From Octopus vulgaris (taxonomy: Eukaryota), in contig OX597822.1 of assembly GCA_951406725.2 (NCBI GenBank), forward strand, positions 80,538,001 to 80,602,000: a DNA stretch of 64,000 nucleotides, given 5' to 3'. Of the stretch, positions 12,642 to 25,244 are shown piece by piece; the first letter of the stretch is position 1; each line of letters begins with the position of its first letter. Position numbers and translations under genes: made by a program. The notes under the pieces were generated by a model. It had not been told where the DNA came from. It worked only from the letters and a program-made list of their open reading frames with translations, and did no database searches.

Positions 12642-12820
12642 CTATATTCGTATATACGACGGGCTTCTTTCAATTTCCGTCTACCAAATCCACTCACAAG
12701 GTTTTGGTCAGCCCCAGGCTATAGTAGAAGATAGAAGACTCTTGCCCAAAGTGCCCCCTAGTAGGAATGAATCCGGAACCATATGGTTGGTAAGCACAGC
12801 CACTCCACACAGCCACTCCA
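12435..12820 (-). mobile_element. tRNA-derived SINE, family A
   Basis: Collinear with 23105-23545, including the internal (CA)n and CORE-like TTGGGCAAG segment. Confidence 0.85.
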
Positions 12821-13039
12821 AATAAGTCATAGTATATATAAATTATGTAAATGTAAAATATTTATTTATACATAAAAAGAGGAGAGGGAGCGCTGGGGGT
12901 TTATGTGGCCATGAGGGGGTGGTGTGCCCAAAAAGTTTGAGAACCTCCGGCGTAGATGGAAATTGTGTGCAAGCACGTCGTATGTCTCTGTGTGAAAGAG
13001 AGAGAGAGAATGTGTGTGTGTTAGAGAGAAAAGGTGAGA

Positions 13040-13262
13040 GTGTGTCCGCAGGTGCACCCGTTTTTACTTTTGTTCACAACCACCGCCATTTGACAACCGA
13101 TGGTGGTTTGTTTACTTCTATTTGACTTAGCAGTTCTACAAATAGACCTGTTGGTTAAGTACCAGAGTTAAATAACTACTGGGTCGATTTGCTCCCTCTC
13201 ACCATTGAAGGTGGTGCCCCAGCATGGCCGCAATCCAATCACCGAAAATGTGGAAGATAAGG
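13040..13262 (+). mobile_element. SINE family A, 3' part, diverged
   Basis: TTGACAACCGATGGTGGT..CTGGGTCGATTTGCT..GGTGGTGCCCCAGCATGGCCGCA matches the family 3' region. Confidence 0.65.
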
Positions 13263-13409
13263 ATATGTGATAATAAATCTTAGCTTCCCTGATTGTTGTT
13301 TGTTGACAAATTACGTTCTGTCTGATCGTGGACGGACACACGCAGGAGCCGTCCATATTGTCGGATCCATGAACAACTATTTGCGACTAGTTAACGGTGT
13401 AAGTGCTTG

Positions 13410-13630
13410 AGGACACACACATACACACACACATACACACATACACACACACAAATATGTATAAGATGGGGGCTTCTTTCAGTTTCTGTCTAACAAATCT
13501 ACTCACAAGGCTTTAGTCGGCTCGAGACTAAAGTAGAAGACACTTGCACAAGGTGTCACACAAGGGGATTGAAACCGGAATTAAGTAGCTGGGAATTAAG
13601 TAGTGGAATTTCTTCGTGAATACCTGGCTT
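13410..13630 (-). mobile_element. SINE family A, 5' half
   Basis: GGGCTTCTTTCAGTTTC..CTCACAAGGCTTTAGTCGGC..AGAAGACACTTGC is shared with the other copies. Confidence 0.75.
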
Positions 13631-14410
13631 CCAGTTCAGAACCACTGATGCATTATAAATTGATAAATAATAAACCAAAACGTATGCAGTGGAATCCGGG
13701 GCAAGCAATGATGTTCTGATTCGGCAAAGGGTATTGATCTCACTGTTTTGTACACCAGAAGAAAGAAATGTAAGGGTTAGAGACGTGATAACAAAAGTTG
13801 GATGTCTACTATGTGAGATGAAGAACTGTAAGCGAAGATGTTGAAAGCAAACAATGAATAACAAGGTCATATGAATTGATTTATATAAGAGACGAGGTAC
13901 TGGTAGAAGAGAGAGAGAGCGTAGAGGGGCTGGAAAGGAACTCGAGAGCAATTGTAAAGAGTAGGTGAGTTGCGAGAAGTTAGTTGTTGGCAAATAACTT
14001 GAGATGAAAGTAAAAATATGAAACAAGTTTCGAGGAGAAGAAAATTAAATAAATGAATAAGGCAGGCTGTAAGCAATAAAAATGGAGACTGAAAAATGGA
14101 GACAGAAAAAGGACTTAAGGAGCGCTCGGACTTATTAAGTTTACACAAAAAATATAGGTTATTTTCCCTACTAACTTATATTACACATACACAAACACAC
14201 ACATACACACACACACCACCACCACTCTCTCTCTCTCTAACAAACACACGCACACACAGCACACACACATATCTATCTATTTAGCTAGCTAGCTATACAT
14301 GCACAAACACGCACACACACACATATATGTAGATGCATATATAGTAATAATAATAATAGTTATCCATGGATGGCGTTTATAAATATCATAAGCTATAAGT
14401 TCAATCTATA

Positions 14411-14465
<55 letters not shown>

Positions 14466-14472
14466 CATCATT

Positions 14473-14513
<41 letters not shown>

Positions 14514-14524
14514 TAGTATTATTA

Positions 14525-14665
14525 TTATTAACGAAAGCGGAGGTACTGTTTTCAGTCATGTTTGTTTGTTTGCTTGTTTGTCCTTGAACAAGATATCTCG
14601 CTGGATGGATTTGGATGAAACTTTCAGGGATGTTTGGCCCCGTGACTGGCACGAACTGATGAGAC
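14525..14665 (+). mobile_element. Helentron-associated (HINE/DINE-1-like) non-autonomous fragment
   Basis: GCGGAGGTACTGTTTTCAGTC followed by (GTTT)n and GGATGGATTTGGATGAAACTTT, the layout typical of HINE ends; it replaces the 3' end of the adjacent R4/Dong copy. Confidence 0.5.
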
Positions 14666-15400
14666 ACCTAGGACACCTTTGACAAAAGGTATGGTTTTAG
14701 CCTTGAGGTTCCACATTTTGCTATTCTCTATTTCAAGATTTTTATATTTGCTCAGCTTTTGATAGGCCTTGCCAGATACATTTATGTTGATTGGGACAGT
14801 CATGTCGATGGGAAGGCATAACTTTAATCTGAAGTCCTTCAATATAATCTCTGGCCTATTTGTTTCTATTTTTCTGTCAGTTTGAAGGGTGAAGTTGCAG
14901 AGGACTGTGATGTGGTCATTTCCAAGCACTGGGGGTGATTTGTGTTCCCATCAGTTTCTATCATCAGGCAGTTCTAAGTTTTTGCAAATTACCCAGTGAA
15001 TATACTGTGCTGCTCTATCATGTCTGTTGAGATAGACTTTAGGCACAAAAAACTGCACATGGAGACAATATGATCGATTGTTTCATTTTGTTGTTTACAT
15101 ACATGACATATTGGGCTGCTACCGTGCTGGTATGTGAGTCTGGTAGCTCCTTGCAGGTAGGCATTGATCTTGGGCTGCTATGATAAACCCTTCTGTCTCT
15201 GATTTTAAGACACTAACCATTCATGGGTAAGGGCTTTGTCAACATGGGTACTATAAGCTCTCTTTGGGTATTTGCCATTGAGAGGGTTTTCTTGCCATTT
15301 ATCAGTAAGAATATCTAAGGCAGCAGTTTTAGTGCGGGTTTTCATACGCTTAACTTTGTCTGTGCTTGTTTCCAGTACGTCTAATTCTGGGATTTGTAGG
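14666..15400 (-). mobile_element. R4/Dong-type LINE remnant, 3' half (CCHC knuckle and RLE endonuclease)
   Basis: CHVCKQQNETIDHIVSMC, YLNRHDRAAQ, QTDRKIETNRPEIIL..IDMTVP..KLSKYKNL..MW. Confidence 0.85.
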
Positions 15401-15406
15401 ATTTAG

Positions 15407-16564
15407 TTAGTTAGTTAGTTAGTCAATTTGGCTCAAAAGCAAATAGCAAGGCCATGTAGGGGGACATGGAGTTAAGTACAGGGTGGTGTTCATGTAAAGA
15501 GTTCAGGCCACTTGAGGTCCAGGGAGGCTTTGAACAAAGCGGTCGTCGGCATCTTCACCATCTCGTCTGGCAGCTTGTTCCACGGATCCGCAACCCGGAC
15601 GGAGAAAGCTCCTCTCCTTCGATTGAGATGAAATCGTCGCAGGTAGAGTTTTTCGGAATGACCCCGCAGCCGACGCTCCGGAGCAGGAGTGAAGAACAGC
15701 TCTTTCGAGAGGTTACACTTCCCGCTTATGATGTTGTGGGCGAGAATGAGATCACCACGGCGGCGGCGTTTTTCAAGAGAACAAAGGTCGAGCGTCCTCA
15801 GCCTTTCTTCGTAGGACAAATTTTTGAGACCATGAACCATGCGGGTAGCCAGCCTCTGGACTCTTTCGAGGTGCTGTATGTCTTTGAGGAGATAAGGAGA
15901 AGAGGCTTGAATCCCATACTCCAATATGGGTCTCACCAGCGTGACATAGAGTGGCAGGAATATGGCTGCTGTGAGCATTCCGAATGACCGTCGAATCAAA
16001 AACAGAATTCCGCGCGCTTTGTTGGCAGCATGGACGCACTGGGCCGAAGGCGAAAAGGAGGAATCCACCAAGATACCCAGGTCCTTTACCTGATCGGTCC
16101 TCTCCAGCAGCAGACGACCCGGCTCGAAATCAAGTTGAGTTGCAGGAGTAGAGCCGACAGGCAGATGACAGCACTTTGACACGTTCAGACACAGGTCCCA
16201 ATCGTTAGACCACTTCCAAATTTGGTGGAGGCATCGACGAAGATCCTCTATACTACCGCGAGGAGCGACCAGTTTGATATTGTCGGCAAATAGAAGGGTG
16301 TGTTGCGTGAGGTCGTCGGGCAAGTCATTTATGAAGACTAAGAACAACAAGGGCCCAAGCACTGAACCTTGAGGCACGTCACTGCTCGCACTGGAGACGT
16401 CGGACCGCGAACCATTAACTTGAACTTGGAAGGAGCGATCTGAGAGGAAGGCACCAACCCATCGTACAATATCCGGATGGAAACTATATGCTTGAAGCTT
16501 GACAAGTAGTAGGCGGTGGTTTACCGAGTCAAAAGCTTTGGCAAAGTCCAATAAAACGATGTCA
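15407..16564 (-). mobile_element. 5'-truncated CR1-clade LINE nested in the R4/Dong copy
   Basis: RT/C-terminal ORF, short 3' UTR, (CTAA)n tail at 15403-15422, candidate TSD ATTTAG at 15401-15406 and 16565-16570. Confidence 0.88.
15490..16551 (-). pseudogene. CR1-type ORF2 reverse transcriptase fragment, open but with catalytic YADD-type motif read as FADN
   Basis: DFAKAFDSV, VPQGSVLGPLLF, FADNIK, KDLGI, RPILEY, ERVQRLATR, LRGH, FSVRV..WNKLP. Confidence 0.88.
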
Positions 16565-16570
16565 ATTTAG

Positions 16571-17215
16571 AATACATTTAGATATTCCTTTGCCTGATTT
16601 GTTACTGAATATGATGTTTTCTTGCTTTCATGCTATAAAACAAGTTTTAACATCCAACCATCAGAGTTTTTCAAGTAGGTATTTAGGCCAACTGTGGCAA
16701 TCTTCATCGTTAATTCCAGTTGTGAAAGTGCACGGCCACCCTCTTTCCTTGGCAGGTAAAGTCGTTCTATATCTAACTTAGGGTGGTGCATTTTATGCAT
16801 TGTCAACAATTTTCGTATTTTTCTGTCATGATTACAGATTTCAGAAATTGACCAGTTCATAATATTGAAAATGGAAGTCACGCCTTGTATGGCTAAAGTA
16901 TGGATCGCTTCGATCTTGCTTCTTGTATTCAGCTCTGTCTTGAGCATTGCCTTTACCCTACGATAACATTCGTTTCTACTCTTTTACCTCATCATTGAAA
17001 TGCTTGATTCTATTACCTTCAAATAACCCTAGGTATTTGTAACTCGTCGGTGGTTCTAAATCCTTTATGACATTCTGCTGGTCAAGATTAACGTTGGATG
17101 CTTCTATCATTATTCCTCTGATAAACTTAGCTTTTGCACAATCAAGGTCAAATTACATCCCGATGTCATCACTGAATTGCTTAACAACTGCTAGTAAGCC
17201 CTGTAGTTAATAGTC
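16571..17215 (-). mobile_element. R4/Dong-type LINE remnant, RT C-terminal part (continuation of 14666-15400)
   Basis: YKYLG, KTELNTRSKIEAI, DRKIRKLLTMHKMHHPK, RLYLPRKEGGR. Confidence 0.85.
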
Positions 17216-17236
17216 ATTAGTTTTTGTTGTTGTTGT

Positions 17237-17296
<60 letters not shown>

Positions 17297-17446
17297 CTTT
17301 TTTATCCTACATTATATCGGCACAGCTCGGTACAAGCCCATAAAAACGCTACTGAAAGTTGGTACCATCAGGCTGTAGCTGGCGTAATAACATAGGAACT
17401 TTTATATACGTACTCAACAGAAAACCTTCCTGCAAACAAAATTAAA

Positions 17447-17490
<44 letters not shown>

Positions 17491-17519
17491 ATACATACAT
17501 GATGGTGTGGAAAAATGTA

Positions 17520-17725
17520 TCTTGCTTTCAAATTTTGGCAGTCAACCAGTAATTTCTGAGGTGATGTAAATCGATTAGATCTACTCCGTTACCTAACTGG
17601 TACTTACTTTAAGGACCACGAAAAACAAAGTTGACTTTGCGGAATTTGAACTCGAAACGTAGTTACTGACGAAATGTCGTTCAGCATTTTCCCCGGCATA
17701 CCAACGATTCTGTCAGCTTACCGCA
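17520..17725 (-). mobile_element. SINE family B, diverged
   Basis: Reverse complement of the 710-935 head (AACGATTCTGTCAGCTTACCGC, GGAATTTGAACTC). Confidence 0.7.
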
Positions 17726-17756
17726 TTTTTTATTCTGTAATTAATTAAAACACAGG

Positions 17757-18065
17757 CAGAGGGTTGAACAATTACATCCTTTTTCAACATAGTCTCCTTG
17801 CTTTGCGATGCACTTCTTCCAGTAGTCCACAATCTTCCTTCCTTATTCCATCGAAGAAAAGATTCTACGATAGCATTAATGCACCACTCCTTAGTAGCAA
17901 ATCGCCAACCACGTAATGGATGTTTGAGAGATGATAGACAGAAAAGGCCCGATCTAGATTTTATAGAGGGTGTTCCAGCAAATCGAATCCAAATCTCGTA
18001 ATGGTTTCAATGATCTAAGCGGCCGTATGTGAGTGAGTAATGCGGTGCAACAAGGACACTTGTTG
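17757..18065 (-). mobile_element. Decayed mariner transposase 3' end
   Basis: Broken frames give SHTAA, an EHPLY..DYH-like (HPPYSPDL) region and the terminal GDYVEK motif. Confidence 0.55.
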
Positions 18066-18540
18066 TTACAGTAGACCTCGGTCTTCATTACCTACCTGCC
18101 TGATAAGGAACTCAGACACTCCCGTGTCCCAGACGATGGACCTGATTGACTTGGAGGGATATTTGTCAATCGTGGCCTGGATTTCAGCAACAAATTCAGG
18201 TGTTATTTTCTTATCAGAACGATTAGAATGATTTTTCCGAGCTGTCGTACCTTCGTAATCACCACTAGATTCATCCAACTCTTTCCGAATCCTTTGCACT
18301 ATCCTCAGATTAACACCTAAACAAACTTAAATGTTCGTATTGGAGCTTCGGGCACGAATCCCAAGCAGTACAACATGTCGTTTCCAAATTACTGGCAGAG
18401 TGACTTGTGTCATGATGCTGTTCTTCTCAAAGACGGTGCTCAATTGACCCTACTATACTGTGTATTCGACAAAATCAAAAACAGAGTGCTTGCCCGAAAT
18501 TAAAAATATAAAACGGCGACGATTTACCCATCGCACCCTT
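18066..18540 (-). mobile_element. Tc1/mariner-superfamily (maT-like) 5' fragment with terminal repeat
   Basis: HTH-like TPEFVAEIQATIDKYPSKSIRSIVWDTGVS; end reads AGGGTGCGATGGGTAAAT next to TA on the minus strand. Confidence 0.6.
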
Positions 18541-18689
18541 TATATGTAAATATATATGCGTATGTGTGTGTGAGTGTGTGAGTGAGTGAGTGAGTTAGTG
18601 GGTGTACACAAAATACATCATGGAACATAGCCATAATCAACTCCCATTTGTGCAACAAGAAATGCAACGAGCCAAGAAATTTAATGTCC

Positions 18690-19300
18690 AGGCACTAAGG
18701 CAAACAAAACCAAAAACATACTAGTGTTGTAAGTTTTGCCTTATCTTTCCAATCACAACGCCAAGATCAATGAGGCGTACAGCACTATATTAAAAACATA
18801 CCAGCATTGACAAAGAACTCCCGAATGAAGCGAATTATTCAAGCACATACAATCATTAAAAGCAAAAGACAACGTAAATCAATGAAAATAATATTCACAA
18901 AGACCAAACTTCACACAAAAAGCATCAGACTAAAGAATAAATAAAATGCGGAAAATCCAGCTATGGTCTATGTTTTAATCTGCTAGAAGGATCGGAGATC
19001 TGTTTTAAACAAGGGGAAACTCTTGAATATGAATAAAAAGGAACTTTACATGTGCGTCTTAAAGTCCAGTTTATATTATAACATTCCCATGAAGCGGGGA
19101 GTACTACATCGGGAAGACCGGCATGTTATAAAGACAACGCATGACTTTGCATAGCACACAGATTCAATTACTGAAATCCAGGCAAATAGAAGTCAGTGAA
19201 CATATGGACAGCATTGTTGGTATCAGATGGCCGATGGCACATCACATCAGTAACACGTTAACAAGAAAGGAGATTTATATGAAAATACCGATCACTTTTG
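18690..19300 (+). mobile_element. Penelope-like element remnant (GIY-YIG endonuclease region)
   Basis: Broken frames FTCAS..VYI, GEYYIGKTG, QRMTLHSTQIQ, VSEHMD. Confidence 0.6.
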
Positions 19301-20149
19301 ATACAACTACTGATGCTGCTGTTCCTGAGATGCAATTGCAGTTTCTACTAATCTTGTTGCTATCAATAGTGCTGCTACCTTCTCTATGCCAACTCCGCTA
19401 CATCTACAACTTATACAATTTCCATCACCACTAACAGCACCTTTCATCACCTTTCACCACCTCCTTTTGCAACCACCACAACCACCACCACTGCTACTAT
19501 TATTCCTACTACTACTGAAATAGCCCAATCTAAACCGTATTGACTCATCGTATACAAAGATGTAGCGGTACAAGTAGTGGAATACAGCTTGCACATTTAT
19601 GATAGCACTGCATTAAGCACATATTATAATGTGCCACCTCACGAAAAGAGAGGCTGTGTCACTTATCTATTTGAAGTCACTCATGAACATATAATAACCG
19701 GGCTCAGAGATATGTTGTCTCATCTCTCTATCGTTTCGTTCCCTTGGAAACTGGCCTCTGCTCCTCATAGTTAGTTAAATTATGCCATCTCCATCATTCC
19801 GACCCCAATTCACTCGTCCCAAGTTCCATATTGTGTGTACCACTGCTAGACTTCGGGTTTACCAATCTCCCAATATGGTCTCCCTACCCGAACATCACTT
19901 ACCTTAGTCACTCTCGTTATTTTGGAAGGGTCTATGAAGTGCTCACGCAATGAGACTTTCATTTCAGCCAAATATTTAGAAATATGAATAAACAAAAATC
20001 CCAAAATCAAACAACAGAAAAACTGTCAACGCACTATTTATTAACCTAACACTACTAATAAAATAATGGTTAGCAAATCTCTTTCCTCACCATCGTAGTC
20101 ACCACTCAAGCCATTATCCAATACTATAAATCACCTTCCTACTACAGCT

Positions 20150-20948
20150 ATCGCAGCTACCACAAGCAGCAGCAGCACAGCACCACCACTACTACTACTA
20201 CTACTACTACCATTACCATCAGCACCACTACTACTACTACCACCACCACCACTACTACTACTACCACCACCACTACGACTACTACTACTACTACTACCCA
20301 CCACCACACTAACACCACCAACACCACTACTACTACTACTACCACCACCACTACGACTACTACTACTACTACTACCACCACCACCACACTAACACCACCA
20401 ACACCACTACTACTACTACTACTACTATTACCACTACTACAACCACCACCACTACTACTACATGTCTGTCTGCTGCTGCTGGTGTTGTTGTTGCTGCTGC
20501 TAGTGCAGTTAATAATCAGAGCAGTAGGTAATATAGCAATTGTGTTACATAAAAGGAAACATTTAAGGAAGGACGTAGTACGATGAACGAGAGACGAGAG
20601 AGATAGAGAGATAGAGAGAGGGAGAGAGAGGTGGGAGGTGAATCAGTACGTAAGCATGAAGATGGATGAAAGAGATAGCATTAAAGAGGAGGAGTGAGGG
20701 GGAAATAGATTTGGAGTAGAAGAAGTAATGGAGTAGGAGGAGGTCTTGAGAGTTGGAGTAGGAGGAGGTGTTTAGAGACTTGAAAGAAAGGAAGATTGAT
20801 GACATGAAGAGTAAGAAGGAAAGTGTGAAGGAGAGATGCAAGAAGAAGTAATGAGAGGAATGAAAGAGAGAGAAAGAGAGAGAAGCAAATGAAAGAGGCA
20901 AGAGAGGGAGAGAGGAGGGTTAGAGAGAACCGGATAAGGGAGGGAGGT

Positions 20949-20988
<40 letters not shown>

Positions 20989-22075
20989 CAAAGAGAAAGA
21001 GAGAGAATGGAATAACTGGAGATTAAATATTGGTCTTGGTCTGTCAGATAATTTCGCTCGTCCTCTTTTTGTTTTTGTTTTTTACATTTACTCTAATCCT
21101 TTCCAATGTTATTTGAATTAACACGAAAAGTATTTTTATTATAGTGTTTTATGGTTTTTGTTTTTGTAGCTCCGTTCTTTCTTCGCAACTTTTGTTTATT
21201 TTTGAAGTTTGGAAAAAATGTACATCGTTTTTACACATTCAACAATAGAGTGCTAAGTTGAGAAAAAAAAAAATTTATAAATAAAAAAAGCGAACGAATT
21301 TATCTGACAGCATATTACCAGAGTTTATGAAGTACAAAACATGAGGGGGAAAATGAAAGAGTGATAAAGGCAGGAACGATATGAAATGAAAGGCTTGAAT
21401 GGAAAGATGAAAGAGAGAAGCAACGGGATTGGAAATGCACAAAGTGAAGCACGAGCAACGTATGAGACAGCGCATTAAGAGAATTAAAGAGAGGGGTAGT
21501 TGGAGGAGAGATTTAAAAAAAAGGTGGAGTACGATGTAAGGTATTAAATCTAAATGGATGAGAGAAAATGGATATGAATGAAGTAGTGAGAGAAAATATG
21601 TGTGCGTGAGAGAGGGTGAGGGGGAGAGGGAGAGAGAGATAGGGAAGGAAAGAGTGACAGAGAAAGATGCAGTCAGAGCAGACGGAGGAAGGGGGGAGGT
21701 AAAGTAGCTTGATGATAAGGCGAGTGGCTTCAGTGCAAAGGTTGTTTGAGAGAGAATGGATTGGGTGTAAGATGTGTGAATGAAGAAGTAAAATTGGGGA
21801 GGAGAGAGAGAGACAGAAAGAGAGAGAGAGAGAAAAACAGACAGACAGATAGACAGACAGAGACAGAGAGAGTAAGAGTAAGAGTTAGTGAGTGATAGAG
21901 AGGAAGAGCTGAAAAGTCGTGGATGAGAAGCAGAAGGTGTGTCGAAATTAAAATAGGTGGAGTAAATGCAAGAGAACAAGGGAAGGTGAGCTGAGAGAGA
22001 GAGAGAGAGAGAGAGAGAATTTGTGGGTTAGAGGGCCGTAATGTGATGGAGAATTTGTGAGTGAAAGAAGGAGAA

Positions 22076-22147
<72 letters not shown>

Positions 22148-22260
22148 TTTGAGTGAAAGAGAGAGAGAGAAAGATGGTTTGTATCATTGAAGAACAGGAT
22201 TGAATGAAGGAGTAGTTAGAGGAAGGGAGGAAGAGGAGGTGGAGGTGGATAAGAAGTTTG
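20150..22260. repeat. Low-complexity block: (ACT/ACC)n array, then long purine-rich GA tracts and (GATA)n
   Basis: Read directly; a ~40-bp unit CCACCACCACACTAACACCACCAACACC.. occurs twice near 20298 and 20378. Confidence 0.9.
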
Positions 22261-22794
22261 TCTATAAACAAGAATGCTCTGAAGACGTGCACCAAATCTA
22301 GAAAGATCGATAAGTGAGTGTCTGGAGTTATATTTAGGAACTTCGTTTCGGATTATTGTAACGACTAGTCATGATGAAGGTAATGATGATGGTGATGGCG
22401 ATGGTGACGGCGGCGGCGGCGGTGGTGGTGATGTTAACGATGGCGAAGAAGAAGATCACGGCAACGACGACGACGTTGACGGTGATGATGATAATGTTGA
22501 TGGTGATTATGATGTTGAGGTGGAAGAAAACGAGGCAGGAGAGGAGGGGAAGAGGGGGTGGAGGAGGCTGATGATTATGATGGAAATAACGATAACGGAG
22601 ACGGTGACTATGATGACGACGACGACGACGATGAAGATGATGATGATGATGATGATTGAGAACGTTGTTCTTAGTTTTGGTTGTACTTTAGTTTGCGGTT
22701 TCAGATATATATATATATATATATACATATATACACACACACATGTATTGGTTCTTGGCATTGGTCGACAGTTCATAGTAATTGCTTGTTGTTA

Positions 22795-22825
<31 letters not shown>

Positions 22826-23104
22826 CGAGGTTGGCAGCCGTATAGTCGTTGCAGTTCAGACCTGTACAAAGGTCTTCCTATCATCATCTTCCAGTTGTTT
22901 TGATACATTAGAGACCCTATTAACCAATATATATTTATATAAATGAAAGTAAGCATTGACTTAACGAAGCAGTCCAGAAACTACGCACATATTTCACGTG
23001 GTTTGATAATGGTGTTGGTGTTGGTGTTGGCGGTGTTGGTTGCATTGACGTTGTTCTTGTTGTAGTTGATTAGTCACAGTTCATCAATAAATGGGTAGAT
23101 TTTT

Positions 23105-23320
23105 CTATTCTTTTTTATTCGTTTATTTGTTTCAGTCATTTGACTGCGGCTATGCTGGAGCACCGCCTTTAGTCGAGCAAATAAACCCCAGGATTTATTC
23201 TTCGTAAGCCTAGTACTTATTCGATCGGTCTCTTTGGCCGAACCGCTAATTGACGGGGACGTAGACACACCAGCATCGGTTGTCAAGCGATGTTGGGGGG
23301 AAAATAGATACACGAACACG

Positions 23321-23381
<61 letters not shown>

Positions 23382-23545
23382 GACGGGCTTCTTTCAGCTT
23401 CCATGTACCAAATCCATTCATAAGGCTTTGGTCGGCCCGAGGCTATATTAGAAGACACTTGCCCATGGTGCCACGCAGTGGGCTTGAAACCGGAAACATG
23501 TGGTTGGTTAGCAAGCTACTTACAACACAACCATTCCTGCACCTA
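23105..23545 (-). mobile_element. tRNA-derived CORE-like SINE, family A, near full length
   Basis: Minus strand: GGTTGTGTTGTAAGTAGC head, GGTTTCAAGCCC B-box-like, TGGGCAAGTGTCTT, internal (TA)n(TG)n, 3' GGCGGTGCTCCAGCATAGCCGCAGTCAAATGACTGAAAC. Confidence 0.9.
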
Positions 23546-23664
23546 TATAAACGAAAGCGTTCCAATTATGACCAAACAACTGTTCCTTCCTAAATTCTAT
23601 ATCTAGGGTTACATTTCCTTCAAATCAGGTTGAGCCTCATTTAAGGGATATGTTTCGTTATAGT

Positions 23665-24030
23665 CTTCCTTTTATTGCTTCAGTCATTGCACTGTGGCCA
23701 TGCTGGGGTATTACCTTTTGCAATTCAGTCGATCACAGCAACCCCAGTATTTTTATTATATGGTACTGATTCTATTTGTCTCTTTTGCCGAACCGCTAAG
23801 CAATAAGTATAGACAAATCAACACCGGTTTGGGATGGGAGAAGCACATACGCAAGACACACTCACATATATAAACGACGGAATTTCACCCAGTTTCCCTC
23901 TACCAAATTCTCATTCGTAGGCCCAAGGCTATAATAGAAGATACTTACCTGTCGTGTAACGCAGCCGCATTTAATCCGACACCCCGTGGCTGCAAAGAGA
24001 TCTCCTTAGCCACACAGCCGTGCCTGCGGC
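23665..24030 (-). mobile_element. SINE family A, old diverged copy
   Basis: Collinear similarity to 23105-23545 (TTTGCCGAACCGCTAAG, GGCTATAATAGAAGA, CCACACAGCC). Confidence 0.7.
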
Positions 24031-24247
24031 TACCCCTTCTGAATAGGTGAATGCGAAGATCGTTTGCATGTGTTGCTTTTGGTAGTGTTGATCGGCGTTG
24101 TGATGGTGCTGGTGTTCAGAAGGACTGGAGTTATTGCCTTTGTTACTGTTTCGATCCAAGCCTGACGTATTCGAGCAGAACTATTGTTAAAATGTATTTT
24201 TTAAAGATAGACTATATTTAAGATTAAGTTACTTCATTATTCGTCGA

Positions 24248-24460
24248 TGGTGTATGGCCTACTAGTTTAAGTTTTGGAACCGGATGGTGCATTGCATTCT
24301 TGAGCAAATGCCATCATCTCACGTTGCTCTTTGATCACTCCAACACCTGCCCTGTGGGACACCATGAAATTATTCAGGCAACAACGACTTGAGGGTGGGA
24401 GTGAGCGAAGGTTTAGTTCAAACATTTCATCATTATAAACAATTTCAGCAGTGACCTTCC
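24248..24460 (+). mobile_element. CORE-type SINE, family C, diverged
   Basis: TATGGCCTA head and TTCTTGAGCAA..CACGTTGCTC..GATCAC..CAACACCTG, shared with 43190-43470. Confidence 0.5.
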
Positions 24461-25208
24461 TGTTTTAGCCAATACTTAAAGAACTCTAGATTCTATAATC
24501 CAACGTGTCCTCCTCTATGACGAGTAGAACATGATCTGAAGTACATTTTGAGCACCCTTTCTAGCAGGTGGTAGGACCATATTGGGGCTGTCCGTTTTGC
24601 TGATAGTTCTAGGGTTGGTAGTATTAGTCGAAGAGATAATGAGTGAGACGATATTGTTGCTATTGTTTGTGGTGGTGATAGCCTTGGTGTCGGCGTTGGA
24701 GTGGTGTACTGGAGTGACGATGGTGGTAGTTGTAGTATATTTGATATGTCTATAAATCCGACCACGTATAGACATGAATAAATGAATTTCGCATTCCTGA
24801 TCATACACATTCATATATGTGCAAACATATTCCAAAAAGGTGTAAACTCGTCTCAGCATATAAGTACGCATATAGATATATATTCTATACTATTAGAATA
24901 TGTGAGGACGAAATGTTAGCTTTGGCTCTCGAGAGAAATGATCAGAAAGCTCTTTTGTTTTTTGTTTTAGTTGTTGTCAGATGTCTCGTAGTGCTTGTAC
25001 ACAGACAAAAAAGGATACGTAGTGATGATTGATAAAATGGCATTGACGTTAGTGGGCAGCAGCAATTCGAGACGCTATGTAGGCGATCTGTTATCGCCTA
25101 TGCTTAAAAAGCTGAGCGTTATATCATGGTTCAAATATATAGAAAAAACAATGACTAAGACGGGGGTAGGAACAACAAAGTGTATTAGTTTAACGGAAAT
25201 GGAAGTGT

Positions 25209-25244
25209 CTTCTACGTTTCGAGCCTAAGCTCTTCGACAGAAAG
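25209..25244 (-). ncRNA. Minimal type I hammerhead-like motif (A6 to U variant core)
   Basis: CUUU CUGUCGA A GAGC-UUAG-GCUC GAAA CG UA GAAG. Confidence 0.55.

Noticed and set aside
13284-13398. Possible plus-strand exon ending at GTAAGT
   Set aside because: Weak acceptor, sandwiched between SINE fragments, peptide unrecognisable.
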